From positions 1 through 60,880 of the forward strand of contig JAZUBI010000123.1 in the NCBI GenBank assembly GCA_045638385.1: DNA of 60,880 nucleotides, given 5' to 3'. The translations under genes and the position numbers were made by a program. This document shows, in pieces, positions 39,574 through 49,693 of the stretch (positions within the stretch are counted from its first letter, which is position 1; every line of letters begins with the position of its first letter). The notes below the pieces were generated by a model that made no database searches, was not told the DNA's origin, and saw nothing but the letters and a program-made list of their open reading frames with translations. This DNA comes from Eubacteriales bacterium. GTDB taxonomy: Bacteria > Bacillota > Clostridia > Oscillospirales > CAG-272.

Positions 39574-41805
39574 ATGGAAACCAATTCAGCTATTACCCAG
39601 GAATTTAACCCTAATAGGTTACTTGATCTTTTGCGCGTGTCGGGCAAGAGCTACGACCTTGAAAAGATCAAAAAAGCCTATGACTATGCCGACGAGCTTC
39701 ACCGCGGACAGTTCCGTCAGAGCGGTGAGCCCTATATTTCACACCCTCTCGCAGTCGCGGAGATAGTCGCGGGACTCGGACTTGATACCGATTCTATATG
39801 CGCGGCTCTTCTTCACGACACGGTGGAGGATTGCTCCGACAGGGTGGATATCAAGGATATCGAAAAGAACTTCGGTGCAGACGTTGCTCACCTTGTTGAC
39901 GGATTGACGAAGATCGTCTTTATGCAGGTAGAGGACAAGGAAGAGGAGCATATAGAGAACCTAAGAAAGATGCTTCTTGCAATGCATGAGGACGTAAGAG
40001 TCATATTTATTAAGCTCTGTGACAGACTCCACAATATGCGTACTCTTGACGCTAAGGCGGAAAACAAGAGAAGACTTACCGCGCTTGAGACGATGCAGGT
40101 GTATGCACCCTTGGCGCACAGGCTTGGAATACAGAAGATCAAGCAGGAGCTTGAGAATATCGGTATACAGCACCTTGACCCCATAGGATATAAGGAGGTC
40201 AAGGATTCGATCGAGAATAAATACGGACAGAGCTTGGACGTGATTGAGAGCATACGCTCGATTATATCCGACAAGCTTACCGAAAATCATATAAACTTCA
40301 CTCTTGAAGGACGAATCAAGACGGTTTACAGCATCTATAAGAAGATGTACACCCAGAATAAGAGTTTTGATGAAATATATGACTTTTATGCGGTTAGAGT
40401 CATAGTTGAGACCGAGCTTGAGTGCTATACCACGCTTGGATTGATACACGAGATGTTCAATTCGATCCCCGGTCGCTTCAAGGACTATATTTCTACGCCT
40501 AAGCCGAATATGTACCGTTCGCTTCACACGACGGTTATCGGACGCGACGGAATACCGTTTGAGGTACAGATAAGAACCCGTGACATGCACCATTTTGCTG
40601 AATACGGTATCGCGGCGCATTGGAAATACAAATCCGGCGCATCCTCAAAGGAGGATATGGACAAAAAGCTCGAATGGATATCCAAGCTTATCGAGACCGA
40701 GGGCGAGGCGCGTGACCATGATGAGTTTATGAACGCGCTTAAGACCGACATATTCCAGGATGAGGTCTTTGTGTTCACTCCTAAGGGTGACGTTATTGCG
40801 CTCCCGCAGGGAGCAACCGTTATAGACTTTTCGTATGCCATCCACTCCGCTGTCGGAAACAAGATGATAGGCGCAAAGATAAACGGAATGATAGTTCCGA
40901 TAGATCGCGTGGTGCAGAACGGAGAGATCGTAGAGATACTTACATCAAGCACGACAAAGGGCCCGAGCAGAGACTGGCTTAACATCGTTAAGACGAGTGA
41001 GGCTCGCTCGAAGATCAAGCAGTGGTTCAAAAAGGAAACCAGAGCGGAGAACATTTCACTCGGACGCGCGATGGTTGACGGAGAGTTCAGAAAGCAGAAC
41101 ATTAAGCTTGATGAGCAGGGAAGATTTGAGGTCGTAAACGCTGTTGCCGCAAGGATCGGATTTGCAAGTGCTGACGATCTGTATAACGGCGTTGGATACG
41201 GCGGAATTTCAATAAGCAAGCTTGTCAATAAGATCAAAGAAGAATCAGCAAAGCTTGTTGAACCCGAGCACGACGTTGAGGAGATTACCGAGGAGAGTCT
41301 TTCACAAAAGACCGCTAAGCCCAAGAATCTTAAATCGAACAGCGGAATCATTGTTGACGGAGAGAGCGGTTGTCAGGTTAAATTTGCAAAATGCTGTAAC
41401 CCGCTTCCCGGTGACGAGGTTATAGGATTTATTACCAAGGGTTACGGTATATCAATACACAAAAAGGATTGTCCCAATGTAATAGAGGGCAGAAAGCTTG
41501 AAATAAATCGCGACAGATGGAAGGAGGCTCATTGGGAGACCGATGGGCAGGACAGCTCCAGAAACGTTTACGAGGCTTTGCTCCAGCTCTTTACCGAGGA
41601 CAGAGTCGGAATGCTTGCCGACGTTGCGGTCGCACTTGCGGATATGAAGGTTGCTATATTGCAGGTCAATTCTCAAAAGAGAACAAACGGCAGATGTATA
41701 ATCAGCCTTAAGATCAGCTGCAAGAATATCGACCATTATAACTCAATAGTTGCAAGACTTCGCGGACTCAACGGAGTTGAAAGCGTTGGCAGAGGCTTCT
41801 CGTGA
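39574..41805 (+). CDS. relA: Bifunctional (p)ppGpp synthetase/hydrolase Rel
   Basis: HD motif (LLHDTVED), RFKDY, EVQIRT, TGS, CCNPLPGD, ACT domain. Confidence 0.98.
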   Translation: METNSAITQEFNPNRLLDLLRVSGKSYDLEKIKKAYDYADELHRGQFRQSGEPYISHPLAVAEIVAGLGLDTDSICAALLHDTVEDCSDRVDIKDIEKNFGADVAHLVDGLTKIVFMQVEDKEEEHIENLRKMLLAMHEDVRVIFIKLCDRLHNMRTLDAKAENKRRLTALETMQVYAPLAHRLGIQKIKQELENIGIQHLDPIGYKEVKDSIENKYGQSLDVIESIRSIISDKLTENHINFTLEGRIKTVYSIYKKMYTQNKSFDEIYDFYAVRVIVETELECYTTLGLIHEMFNSIPGRFKDYISTPKPNMYRSLHTTVIGRDGIPFEVQIRTRDMHHFAEYGIAAHWKYKSGASSKEDMDKKLEWISKLIETEGEARDHDEFMNALKTDIFQDEVFVFTPKGDVIALPQGATVIDFSYAIHSAVGNKMIGAKINGMIVPIDRVVQNGEIVEILTSSTTKGPSRDWLNIVKTSEARSKIKQWFKKETRAENISLGRAMVDGEFRKQNIKLDEQGRFEVVNAVAARIGFASADDLYNGVGYGGISISKLVNKIKEESAKLVEPEHDVEEITEESLSQKTAKPKNLKSNSGIIVDGESGCQVKFAKCCNPLPGDEVIGFITKGYGISIHKKDCPNVIEGRKLEINRDRWKEAHWETDGQDSSRNVYEALLQLFTEDRVGMLADVAVALADMKVAILQVNSQKRTNGRCIISLKISCKNIDHYNSIVARLRGLNGVESVGRGFS

Positions 41806-41870
41806 TCATAGCTGACCGAAAAGGTTGGTGTTGATTTGCCTTACTGTCCGCAAGGGAAGGATCAAGGATA

Positions 41871-42332
41871 ATGAAAGCAGTAATACAAAGAGTAAAAAAC
41901 GCACACGTCAAGGTGGGCGGTGAGATGGTCGGAGAATGCGCAGAGGGACTTATGATCCTTTTGGGTGTTGCAAAGGGCGACTGCGAGGAGGATGCAGATC
42001 TTTTAGCCGCCAAAATATGCAATTTAAGAATATTCACCGACGAAAACGATAAAATGAACCTCTCTGTAAAAAACATTGACGGCGAGGCTCTGGTAATATC
42101 GCAGTTCACGCTTATGGCGAATTATAAGCACGGAAACAGACCCGACTTTATGGAAAGCGCTCCTGCAAATGAGGCTAACAGACTTTATGAGTACTTCGTT
42201 TCATTGATGAGAGCGGAGCTTAAGCAGGTAGGGACGGGAGTTTTCGGTGCTCATATGGAGGTCGGACTTGTGAATAACGGTCCGGTTACCATTGTGATGG
42301 ACAGTGAGGTCCTTAAAAAGAAAAAACAGTAA
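41871..42332 (+). CDS. dtd: D-aminoacyl-tRNA deacylase
   Basis: MKAVIQRV, SQFTL, NNGPVT. Confidence 0.97.
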   Translation: MKAVIQRVKNAHVKVGGEMVGECAEGLMILLGVAKGDCEEDADLLAAKICNLRIFTDENDKMNLSVKNIDGEALVISQFTLMANYKHGNRPDFMESAPANEANRLYEYFVSLMRAELKQVGTGVFGAHMEVGLVNNGPVTIVMDSEVLKKKKQ

Positions 42333-42361
42333 AAAATTAAGAAAGTCAGGAACAGATTAAA

Positions 42362-43867
42362 ATGAAGCTTAACGTAAGCGGAAATATAAATCAGTACTAC
42401 GTTCAGACACTTTGCATGATATTTTTCCCCGGGGAGAGATTTTCGGCAGAGGAGCAGAGTGAGGATGCCGAGGGGCTTGCCGTTCCGGAGCTGTCCTTGA
42501 CTCTTGAGGAAAGCGAGGACGGTGTAAAGGTCTTTGCAGAGCTCACTCTTGATGAAAAGTATGCTTCAAGCGAAAAGATATATCAAAACAGAGAGGATAT
42601 AACGCGCGACAGACTGAAAAAGATCGCGGTTGGCGATGCTATACTTTCTGTTTGCGGAGAGGTAATAGGCTACCGACCCTCTTGGGGAATGCTGGTAGGT
42701 GTCAGACCATCTAAGGTCGCGACAGAGATGCTTGAGAGCGGAATGTCTAAGACAAAGGTCAAGAAGACACTCGTCAGCGATTACTTCGTGATACCCAAAA
42801 AGGCGGCTCTCGCAACTGAGGTTGCGTTGAACGAGACAGAATTTGTTAAGGGCGCGGATGCAAAGGATTGCAGTGTGTATATATCTATCCCGTTCTGTCC
42901 GACGAGATGCGCATATTGCTCGTTCGTTTCATATACCTCGAAGAAGCTCCTTGCAACGATACCGGATTATCTTGTAGCGCTCGGCGATGAGATCAATAAG
43001 ACCTTTTCGCTCATAAGAGAGCTTGGATTGAACGTAAAGACGGTATATATAGGCGGAGGCACACCTACTATTCTTGATAATGCTCAGCTTGATTGGCTTT
43101 TGGCTACCGTTGAGAGCAACGTGGATCCTTTGTCTCTTGCAGAATATACGCTTGAGGCGGGTCGCCCCGATACAATAACAGAAGAGAAGATGAAGATAGC
43201 GATCTCTCGCGGAGTAACGAGAATAAGCGTAAATCCGCAGACGCTGAACGATGATGTTCTCAGAATTATAGGACGCTCGCACACCGCAGAGGATTTTCTT
43301 AAGGCATATCAGATAGCGAGGGATGCGGGAATAAAGATCATCAATACCGACGTTATTGCAGGTCTGCCCGGAGATAAATTTTCAAGCTTCGCATCGTCAT
43401 ACGACAAGATAGTTTCGCTTCGCCCCGAAAATATTACGATACATACCTTTAGCGTAAAGAAGGCGAGCGATTTTCTTAAAAACAGTACACATATATACTC
43501 TATCAGAGGCGGTGACGTTGGAAAATGCGTTGATTACTCGCAGATAACGGCACAGCATGAAGGGTATGAGCCTTACTATATGTACAGACAGAAAAACACC
43601 GTTGGAAATTACGAAAACGTCGGTTTTTCGCTTGACGGATATAAAGGACTGTACAATATATACATGATGGAGGAGATACATTCCATCTTTGCTTGCGGCG
43701 CAGGCGCGGTTTCGAAGTTTGTTGACTATAACCCCAAGGACGGAAGCCCGAGAGTTATAGAAAGATTTTTTAACCCGAAATATCCGTATGAGTATCTTTC
43801 GGATAACAAGACCGAGCAGAAGATAGCGGCGGCGCTTGAATTTTACCGCAGAAGAAATCTATCATAG
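42362..43867 (+). CDS. hemZ: HemZ-like radical SAM protein
   Basis: WGMLVGVRP, CPTRCAYCSF, GGGTPT, PYYMYRQKN; rel-dtd-hemZ synteny. Confidence 0.9.
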   Translation: MKLNVSGNINQYYVQTLCMIFFPGERFSAEEQSEDAEGLAVPELSLTLEESEDGVKVFAELTLDEKYASSEKIYQNREDITRDRLKKIAVGDAILSVCGEVIGYRPSWGMLVGVRPSKVATEMLESGMSKTKVKKTLVSDYFVIPKKAALATEVALNETEFVKGADAKDCSVYISIPFCPTRCAYCSFVSYTSKKLLATIPDYLVALGDEINKTFSLIRELGLNVKTVYIGGGTPTILDNAQLDWLLATVESNVDPLSLAEYTLEAGRPDTITEEKMKIAISRGVTRISVNPQTLNDDVLRIIGRSHTAEDFLKAYQIARDAGIKIINTDVIAGLPGDKFSSFASSYDKIVSLRPENITIHTFSVKKASDFLKNSTHIYSIRGGDVGKCVDYSQITAQHEGYEPYYMYRQKNTVGNYENVGFSLDGYKGLYNIYMMEEIHSIFACGAGAVSKFVDYNPKDGSPRVIERFFNPKYPYEYLSDNKTEQKIAAALEFYRRRNLS

Positions 43868-43878
43868 GAGAAAGAAAA

Positions 43879-45168
43879 GTGAGTATATTATTTAAAAACG
43901 TCAGATTGCTTGAAGAATACGGATACGGCGAGAGCACGGTCAACGTTCTTGTAAACGGCACGTCTGTGTACTACGTTGGAAAAAATATTCCCGATGAAAA
44001 GGCAGACCGTGTTGTAGAGGGCAACGGTAACCTTCTTATGCCTGCATTTTACAACACTCACTGTCACAGCGCGATGACGCTCTTCCGCGGTTACGGTGAC
44101 GATCTCCCGCTTCAAAGATGGCTCACTGAAAAAATCTTTCCTGCAGAGGATAGACTCAACGGAGAAAGAGTTTACTGGGGATCGATGCTCGCAATAGCAG
44201 AGATGATAAAAAACGGAGTGGTCTCGTTTTCGGATATGTATTTCTTCCTCGATGAGACCGCAAGAGCGGTTGAGGAGACCGGAATCAAGGCTAACCTTTC
44301 AAGATCCATCGTTTCCTTTGATAAGGATGCGGATTTTTCGCTTGATCAAAGGGTTCTTGAGTCTGTGGACATATTTAACAGATGGCATGGCAAGGCTGAC
44401 GGCAGGATCAAAATAGATATGTCTCTCCACGCAGAATATACAAACGTTGAGGGATGCTTCAGATACGTTGCCGGACTTACGAAGGAGTTTGGCACAGGAT
44501 TCCAGATCCACGTCTCCGAGACAGAGAGCGAGCACTTGGAGTGCATTGAAAGACACGGAATGACACCGACACGCTTCTTGGACTATTGCGGCGTACTTGA
44601 TAATCCCGTTACTGCCGCACACTGTGTCTACGTCAGCGACGATGATATAAAGCTCATGGCTCAAAAGGGCGTGAGCGTTGCTCACAACGCTGTCAGTAAC
44701 CTTAAGCTCGGAAGCGGCGTAATGCCTTACCGCAAGATGAAGGATGCAGGTGTAAACGTTACGCTCGGTACAGACGGTGTTGCATCAAACAACAGATTGA
44801 GCATACTCAGAGAGCTTCAGTTTGCTACCCTTATTCATAAAGGCGTTGAGCGCAATCCCGCAGTTACGATCGCTTCTGATATGATCAGATGCGCTACGAA
44901 AAACGGAGCCTTGGCGCAGGGAAGAGTTGATGCAGGTGAGATCAAGGTCGGAAATAGGGCAGACCTTATCCTTATCGATATGAACGCTATAAATAACATT
45001 CCCGCATATAGCATAGATTCGGCTGTTTGCTACAGTGCAAATGACGACAATGTGCTCATGACGGTTTGTGACGGTAACATACTTTACGAAAACGGCTCAT
45101 ATACTACGATTGATGAAGAATTCTTGAAATGTAACGCTAAAAACGTTATAAATCATTATTTCGACTGA
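43879..45168 (+). CDS. mtaD: Amidohydrolase, 5-methylthioadenosine/S-adenosylhomocysteine deaminase-like
   Basis: HCH, HVSET, AAHCV, SNLKLGSG, LGTDG. Confidence 0.75.
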   Translation: MSILFKNVRLLEEYGYGESTVNVLVNGTSVYYVGKNIPDEKADRVVEGNGNLLMPAFYNTHCHSAMTLFRGYGDDLPLQRWLTEKIFPAEDRLNGERVYWGSMLAIAEMIKNGVVSFSDMYFFLDETARAVEETGIKANLSRSIVSFDKDADFSLDQRVLESVDIFNRWHGKADGRIKIDMSLHAEYTNVEGCFRYVAGLTKEFGTGFQIHVSETESEHLECIERHGMTPTRFLDYCGVLDNPVTAAHCVYVSDDDIKLMAQKGVSVAHNAVSNLKLGSGVMPYRKMKDAGVNVTLGTDGVASNNRLSILRELQFATLIHKGVERNPAVTIASDMIRCATKNGALAQGRVDAGEIKVGNRADLILIDMNAINNIPAYSIDSAVCYSANDDNVLMTVCDGNILYENGSYTTIDEEFLKCNAKNVINHYFD

Positions 45169-45183
45169 TAATCGGAGGGAAAA

Positions 45184-46812
45184 TTGACTGAAAGAGCGGT
45201 AGGAACAGGGCCAAGCATAAAAAGAAGGACTCCAAAAAAGAGTGAGAAGAAAAGGCGTGACGGAGGATTCCTGTCGGGCGTGATGGTTCTGTCGCTTTCC
45301 GCGATAGCAGTTAAAATAATCGGACTTATATACAAAATTCCTATGCTCGGACTCTTAGGGAGCGAGGGCATGGGATATTTTAATTCAGCATATGAGATCT
45401 ACGCGCTTTTTTGCGCAATATCAACGGCGGGCTTGCCGATAGCGGCATCGCTTTTGATATCCCGTTGCAATAGCAGGGATGGCGCGGCGCAAGCGGTGTT
45501 CGGAATATCATTAAAGCTGTTTGTAGTGATCGGCAGTGTATCTACCGCGATAATGATCGCGCTTGCTTATCCTCTGGCGAAATTTCTCGGGAACGGCAAC
45601 GGAGTATATCCTATATTGGCTATTGCGCCGACATTGCTTTTTATATGTGCTGTCAGCGCTTACAGAGGATATTTTCAGGGGATGTCAAGAATGGCTCCTA
45701 CTGCCGTCTCTCAGCTTATCGAGGCTTTGGGAAAGCTTGTTTTCGGAATCGTGTTGGCATTATTAGCCTTGCGATTGGGGCTTGAAACAGAAGAGGTTGC
45801 CGCATTTGCCGTGCTTGGACTTTTGCTCGGTAGCGTGATTTCGCTTGTTTATATGATATTGACGAAGAAGCGCGACGTGACCGAGATCAGCTCTCCAAGA
45901 CTTGAAATCGAGCGGGGGATCGTGAAGGATCTTTTAGAGATCGCTATTCCCGTAACGGTTTCCGCGGCGGTCATCAACATAACGAAGATGGTTGATATGA
46001 CTATGATATTGCGCCGTCTCCAAAGCATCGGATATAAGAGCGAAGAGGCGTTTTCCGCCTACGGAAGCTATACTACCCTGGCCGTTCCTCTTTTTATGCT
46101 TGCTCCCGCGCTCATAAGCTCGGTGGCTTTGCCTATTATACCGAGATTAAGTCGGGCTGTCGCAAAAGGGGACACCGATTCCCAGATCGATTCGGTAAAC
46201 GACGGGATCAGGCTTGCGTGTATCATATCAATGCCGATAGGAGCAGGGCTTTCGTTCTTTTCAAAGCCGATCCTTAAGCTTATTTTTTCCGGACAAACCG
46301 AGGCTGTTGAGCTTTGTGCGCCACTTTTGTCAATGCTCGGATTGTCGGTTACACTATCCTGCCTTGTGACGGTGGGGAATTCTATCCTGCACGCCTTTGG
46401 GCATGCGGTGATTCCTTTGGTGTCAATGACACTCGGAGCGATACTTAAAACATTGGTCGCGTATATACTGATCGGAAATCCTAAGGTGAACATTGCGGGA
46501 GCACCGATAAGCACATTTGCTTGCGATCTTGTTATAAATATTGTGAATTTTAAATACATATGCAAGTATATCCCGGGACGGATGAGCGTAGGGAAAATAC
46601 TTGTAAGACCGTTTTTGGCATCAATTATAGCTGTTGTTGCAGCGCGACTATTTTACGGTGCTTTCCGTCAAAGCGGCGGCTCAGATACGGTCGGCACGCT
46701 TATATCAATAGCTGTCGCGGGGATTTTATACGCCGTGCTGTGCGTTGTATTGCGTGTAACAGATAAAAAAGAATTGTGCAGATTACGCCACACGGATGCT
46801 GTTGGCGAATAA
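45184..46812 (+). CDS. MOP-family polysaccharide flippase (YabM/SpoVB-like)
   Basis: KIIGLIYKIP, STAGLP, RGYFQG, SQLIE; yabM-yabN synteny. Confidence 0.88.
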   Translation: MTERAVGTGPSIKRRTPKKSEKKRRDGGFLSGVMVLSLSAIAVKIIGLIYKIPMLGLLGSEGMGYFNSAYEIYALFCAISTAGLPIAASLLISRCNSRDGAAQAVFGISLKLFVVIGSVSTAIMIALAYPLAKFLGNGNGVYPILAIAPTLLFICAVSAYRGYFQGMSRMAPTAVSQLIEALGKLVFGIVLALLALRLGLETEEVAAFAVLGLLLGSVISLVYMILTKKRDVTEISSPRLEIERGIVKDLLEIAIPVTVSAAVINITKMVDMTMILRRLQSIGYKSEEAFSAYGSYTTLAVPLFMLAPALISSVALPIIPRLSRAVAKGDTDSQIDSVNDGIRLACIISMPIGAGLSFFSKPILKLIFSGQTEAVELCAPLLSMLGLSVTLSCLVTVGNSILHAFGHAVIPLVSMTLGAILKTLVAYILIGNPKVNIAGAPISTFACDLVINIVNFKYICKYIPGRMSVGKILVRPFLASIIAVVAARLFYGAFRQSGGSDTVGTLISIAVAGILYAVLCVVLRVTDKKELCRLRHTDAVGE

Positions 46813-46836
46813 TACACAAATAAGAAGGAAAATAAT

Positions 46837-47676
46837 ATGAAGGCATTTACCGAAAGTGAAAGACAGGAAAAAATAAACTACCTCCTCTCGTGTGAGAAAT
46901 ACGGCTTTGAGGATCTTGTGCTTATAGTCAGCATTCTTCGCGGCGAGGGCGGTTGCCCGTGGGATAGAGAGCAGACACACAAGAGTATCAGACGCGACTT
47001 TATCGAGGAGACCTACGAGGTGATCGAGGCTATCGATACGGAGGATCCGGTTCTTTTGAGAGAAGAGCTTGGTGACGTTATGCTCCAGGTGACCTTTCAT
47101 GCTCAGATCGAGCGTGAGGAGGGAAGATTTGATATAGAGGACGTTGCAAATGACGTTTGCGCAAAGCTTATACACCGTCATCCCCACGTTTTTGGAGAGC
47201 TGAAGCTCGACAACAGCGCGGACGTTCTTGAGAATTGGGATAAGATAAAGGGAGTTGAGAAGCAGAGAAATACGCTTACTGATAAGCTACGCTCGATCCC
47301 CCCTATGCTGCCCGCACTTATGAGAGCGCAGAAGGTAGGAAAGAAGGCATCGTTCTTCGATTTCGAAACGACCGAAGCGGTCTATGAAAAGCTTTACGAG
47401 GAGATAGCCGAGGTCAAGGAGGCGCATGCCGGTAAGGATGCCGATGCTGTTGCAGAGGAGATCGGAGACCTCTTGCTTACCGTAACGAGCCTTGCGCGCA
47501 AGCTTGGAGTCGATAGTGAGAAGGCACTTTACGATGCGACCAATAAATTTATCGACCGTTTTGAAAAGGTTGAGAATGCCGTTACAGCACAAGGAAAAAG
47601 CGTTGAAAATATGACTATGACCGAGCTTGATGCCGTTTGGGATGGCATAAAGCACAAAAATAGTCAAAAAAACTAA
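46837..47676 (+). CDS. mazG: Nucleoside triphosphate pyrophosphohydrolase MazG
   Basis: GCPWDREQTH, EELGD, RHPHVF, EEIGD. Confidence 0.96.
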   Translation: MKAFTESERQEKINYLLSCEKYGFEDLVLIVSILRGEGGCPWDREQTHKSIRRDFIEETYEVIEAIDTEDPVLLREELGDVMLQVTFHAQIEREEGRFDIEDVANDVCAKLIHRHPHVFGELKLDNSADVLENWDKIKGVEKQRNTLTDKLRSIPPMLPALMRAQKVGKKASFFDFETTEAVYEKLYEEIAEVKEAHAGKDADAVAEEIGDLLLTVTSLARKLGVDSEKALYDATNKFIDRFEKVENAVTAQGKSVENMTMTELDAVWDGIKHKNSQKN

Positions 47677-47726
47677 AAAAAATTGATATTTTTTTGAATT
47701 TTAGCCTATTTTTTTGCAAAAAACTA

Positions 47727-47755
47727 TTGCAAAGTAAAAGAAAATATGGTATAAT
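47727..47755 (+). promoter_or_regulatory. sigmaA promoter for hup
   Basis: TTGCAA-17bp-TATAAT with TG. Confidence 0.75.
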
Positions 47756-47852
47756 TAACTAAACAAATAAAGTGAATTTGCCGTTTAGGTGGTACTTTTG
47801 ACCACAGTTTTGCAGATTCAAAAAAATTTATAAAAAAAGAAAGAGGTTTATC

Positions 47853-48128
47853 ATGAAGAAATTACAGCTTACAGAAGCAGTAGCAGCAAAGGCACAGATC
47901 AGCAAGAAGGTAGCAGCAGAGGCAGTTGACGCAGTTCTCGAAGTTATCGCAGAGGCTCTCGCAGCAGGCGACGACGTTAAGATCACCGGCTTCGGTGGAT
48001 TCGAGGTTAAGGCTCGTGCAGCAAGAACAGGTAGAAATCCCAAGACCGGCGAGACCGTTGAGATCCCCGCTTCCAAGTATGTTGCTTTCAGCGCAGGCAG
48101 CACCCTTAAGGACAAAGTTAACGGCTAA
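47853..48128 (+). CDS. hup: DNA-binding protein HU
   Basis: GFG.F, ARTGRNPKTGE, FSAG..LK. Confidence 0.97.
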   Translation: MKKLQLTEAVAAKAQISKKVAAEAVDAVLEVIAEALAAGDDVKITGFGGFEVKARAARTGRNPKTGETVEIPASKYVAFSAGSTLKDKVNG

Positions 48129-48131
48129 TAA

Positions 48132-48374
48132 ATGAGACTTGATAAATATCTGAAGGTTTCAAGAATCATAAAGAGACGTACGGTTGCTAACGATGCGTGC
48201 GATACCGAGCATGTAACCGTTAATGGCAGATCCGCGAAGGCATCATACGATGTCAAGGTCGGCGATGTTATTGAGGTTACCTTTGGGCAGAGAACGCTCA
48301 AGGTCAGGGTTTTGGATGTTCGCGAATTTACCGCAAAGGCAGACGCGTCTTCTCTTTATGAGGTAATTGAATAA
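48132..48374 (+). CDS. yabO: RNA-binding S4 domain protein (YabO/RqcP-like)
   Basis: MRLDKYLKVSRIIKRRTVA; yab cluster synteny. Confidence 0.9.
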   Translation: MRLDKYLKVSRIIKRRTVANDACDTEHVTVNGRSAKASYDVKVGDVIEVTFGQRTLKVRVLDVREFTAKADASSLYEVIE

Positions 48375-48429
48375 CCTTAGAGATCTCCGCATATAATGTA
48401 CCATTCGGTGCTATATGCGGAGGTTTTTT
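48369..48429 (+). promoter_or_regulatory. Putative sigmaE promoter overlapping a terminator/RBS-sequestering hairpin
   Basis: GAATAAC-14bp-CATATAAT (48369-48397). Stem ctccgcatata (48385-48395) / tatatgcggag (48412-48422), then a T tract. Confidence 0.65.
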
Positions 48430-48708
48430 ATGCTCGGAACAGAACAGGAGAGGGTACATGCGTTTTCCTCGAAATCAAGAGAGGGTATTCGGATAAGCGG
48501 TGTTTGTGACGTGATAAGCTTTGATGAGGTTGGTATATCGCTTGAAACCTTGTGCGGAAGCATGGGAGTAGAGGGGGAGGGACTTCGCGTGAGAACTCTC
48601 AATACCAACGAGGGAATAGTTGAGATAGACGGAAAGATAAGCGGTGTGTATTATTTTGATAATAAGCCCCCGCAAAGACGAGGTCTTTTCGGCAGACGGT
48701 CAGATTGA
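48430..48708 (+). CDS. yabP: Sporulation protein YabP
   Basis: ISGVCDVISFDE, GEGLRV, IDGKI; ATG after GGAGG. Confidence 0.88.
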   Translation: MLGTEQERVHAFSSKSREGIRISGVCDVISFDEVGISLETLCGSMGVEGEGLRVRTLNTNEGIVEIDGKISGVYYFDNKPPQRRGLFGRRSD

Positions 48709-48723
48709 CGGGGAGATGCTATC

Positions 48724-49317
48724 TTGATAGATCTGACACAGCAGCAGCTTTTTTTAATGCTTTGGAGTGCCTTTTTGCTTGGTGGGGGGCTGGGGCTGCT
48801 CTATGAATTTATAAGACTTTTCAGATTCGCATTTGGGGGTGGAAACCGCGGGAAAATCAGAATGGCGGTTTCACACGTAGTGACCTTTATAGGAGATGCG
48901 TTCTTTATTATTATTTTTGCTATTGCGGCCATATTGCAGACCTTCAAAATAAGCGGAGGCGTTTTCAGAGGGCTGACCTACATCGGAATGAGCGTGGGAT
49001 TTATGACCTATTATCTTACGATAGGCAGACTTATGCTTAAGCCCTGCAAAAAAATGGCCGCTTTCATAAAAAAAGCGGCTCGTTTGATTTTAAAGGTTAT
49101 ATTTACACCGTTGCGTTTACTTTTTTTGCTTGTCTTTAAGATATACGTCTTGACAATAGGAAAAATACTTGGTAAAATAATATATAGAATAAAAGAGAAA
49201 AATTCGGCAGATCGGGTCGCGCAGGAAAACGAGATTTCCGGTGATAAAGCCGATTGCGAATTGAAGGGATATAAAAAGGAAGGGAGGATCAGCTTTGGAG
49301 GAAAAGGAATTTCTTGA
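48724..49317 (+). CDS. yabQ: Spore cortex biosynthesis protein YabQ
   Basis: GLLYEFIRLFR, GD.FF, GVFRG; sits between yabP and divIC. Confidence 0.8.
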   Translation: MIDLTQQQLFLMLWSAFLLGGGLGLLYEFIRLFRFAFGGGNRGKIRMAVSHVVTFIGDAFFIIIFAIAAILQTFKISGGVFRGLTYIGMSVGFMTYYLTIGRLMLKPCKKMAAFIKKAARLILKVIFTPLRLLFLLVFKIYVLTIGKILGKIIYRIKEKNSADRVAQENEISGDKADCELKGYKKEGRISFGGKGIS

Positions 49318-49654
49318 TGATGGCGAGGTTGGCGAAAAGAAGCTTGACAGAGCCGTAAAAAAGGGAATGAAGACGCCGCATATCAAGGTTATGGCGAGAC
49401 TTCTTCTTGCTACGCTGGTCATCGCTTCGATAGCAATATTTGCAAGCGGAATTATGAAGTATAACGAGCTTCAAAGAGAAAAACAGGCTCTTGAGCAAAA
49501 GGTTGAGGAATACGAGGCCGAGGTTGAGGAGCTTGAGTATTTTTTGAATTCTCCCATGGATTACGATTATGTAGTCCGCCTGGCAAAGAAAAAGCTCAAT
49601 CTCTATCTTCCCGATGAGATCATATACCACAGCGACAGCGACACAAACGAATAA
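49295..49654 (+). CDS. divIC: Septum formation initiator DivIC/FtsB
   Basis: TM, coiled coil, then YVVRLAKKKLNLYLPDEIIY. Confidence 0.85.
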   Translation: MEEKEFLDDGEVGEKKLDRAVKKGMKTPHIKVMARLLLATLVIASIAIFASGIMKYNELQREKQALEQKVEEYEAEVEELEYFLNSPMDYDYVVRLAKKKLNLYLPDEIIYHSDSDTNE

Positions 49655-49693
49655 AAAAGAACGGATAAGCTTGATTTATCCGTTCTTTATTTT
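49653..49693. terminator. Bidirectional terminator
   Basis: aaagaacggataa (49656-49668) / ttatccgttcttt (49676-49688) between convergent genes. Confidence 0.85.

Noticed and set aside
46837-47676. MazG as a toxin-antitoxin or anti-phage component
   Set aside because: It sits in the conserved yabM-yabN-hup-yabO-yabP-yabQ-divIC cluster with no mazEF.
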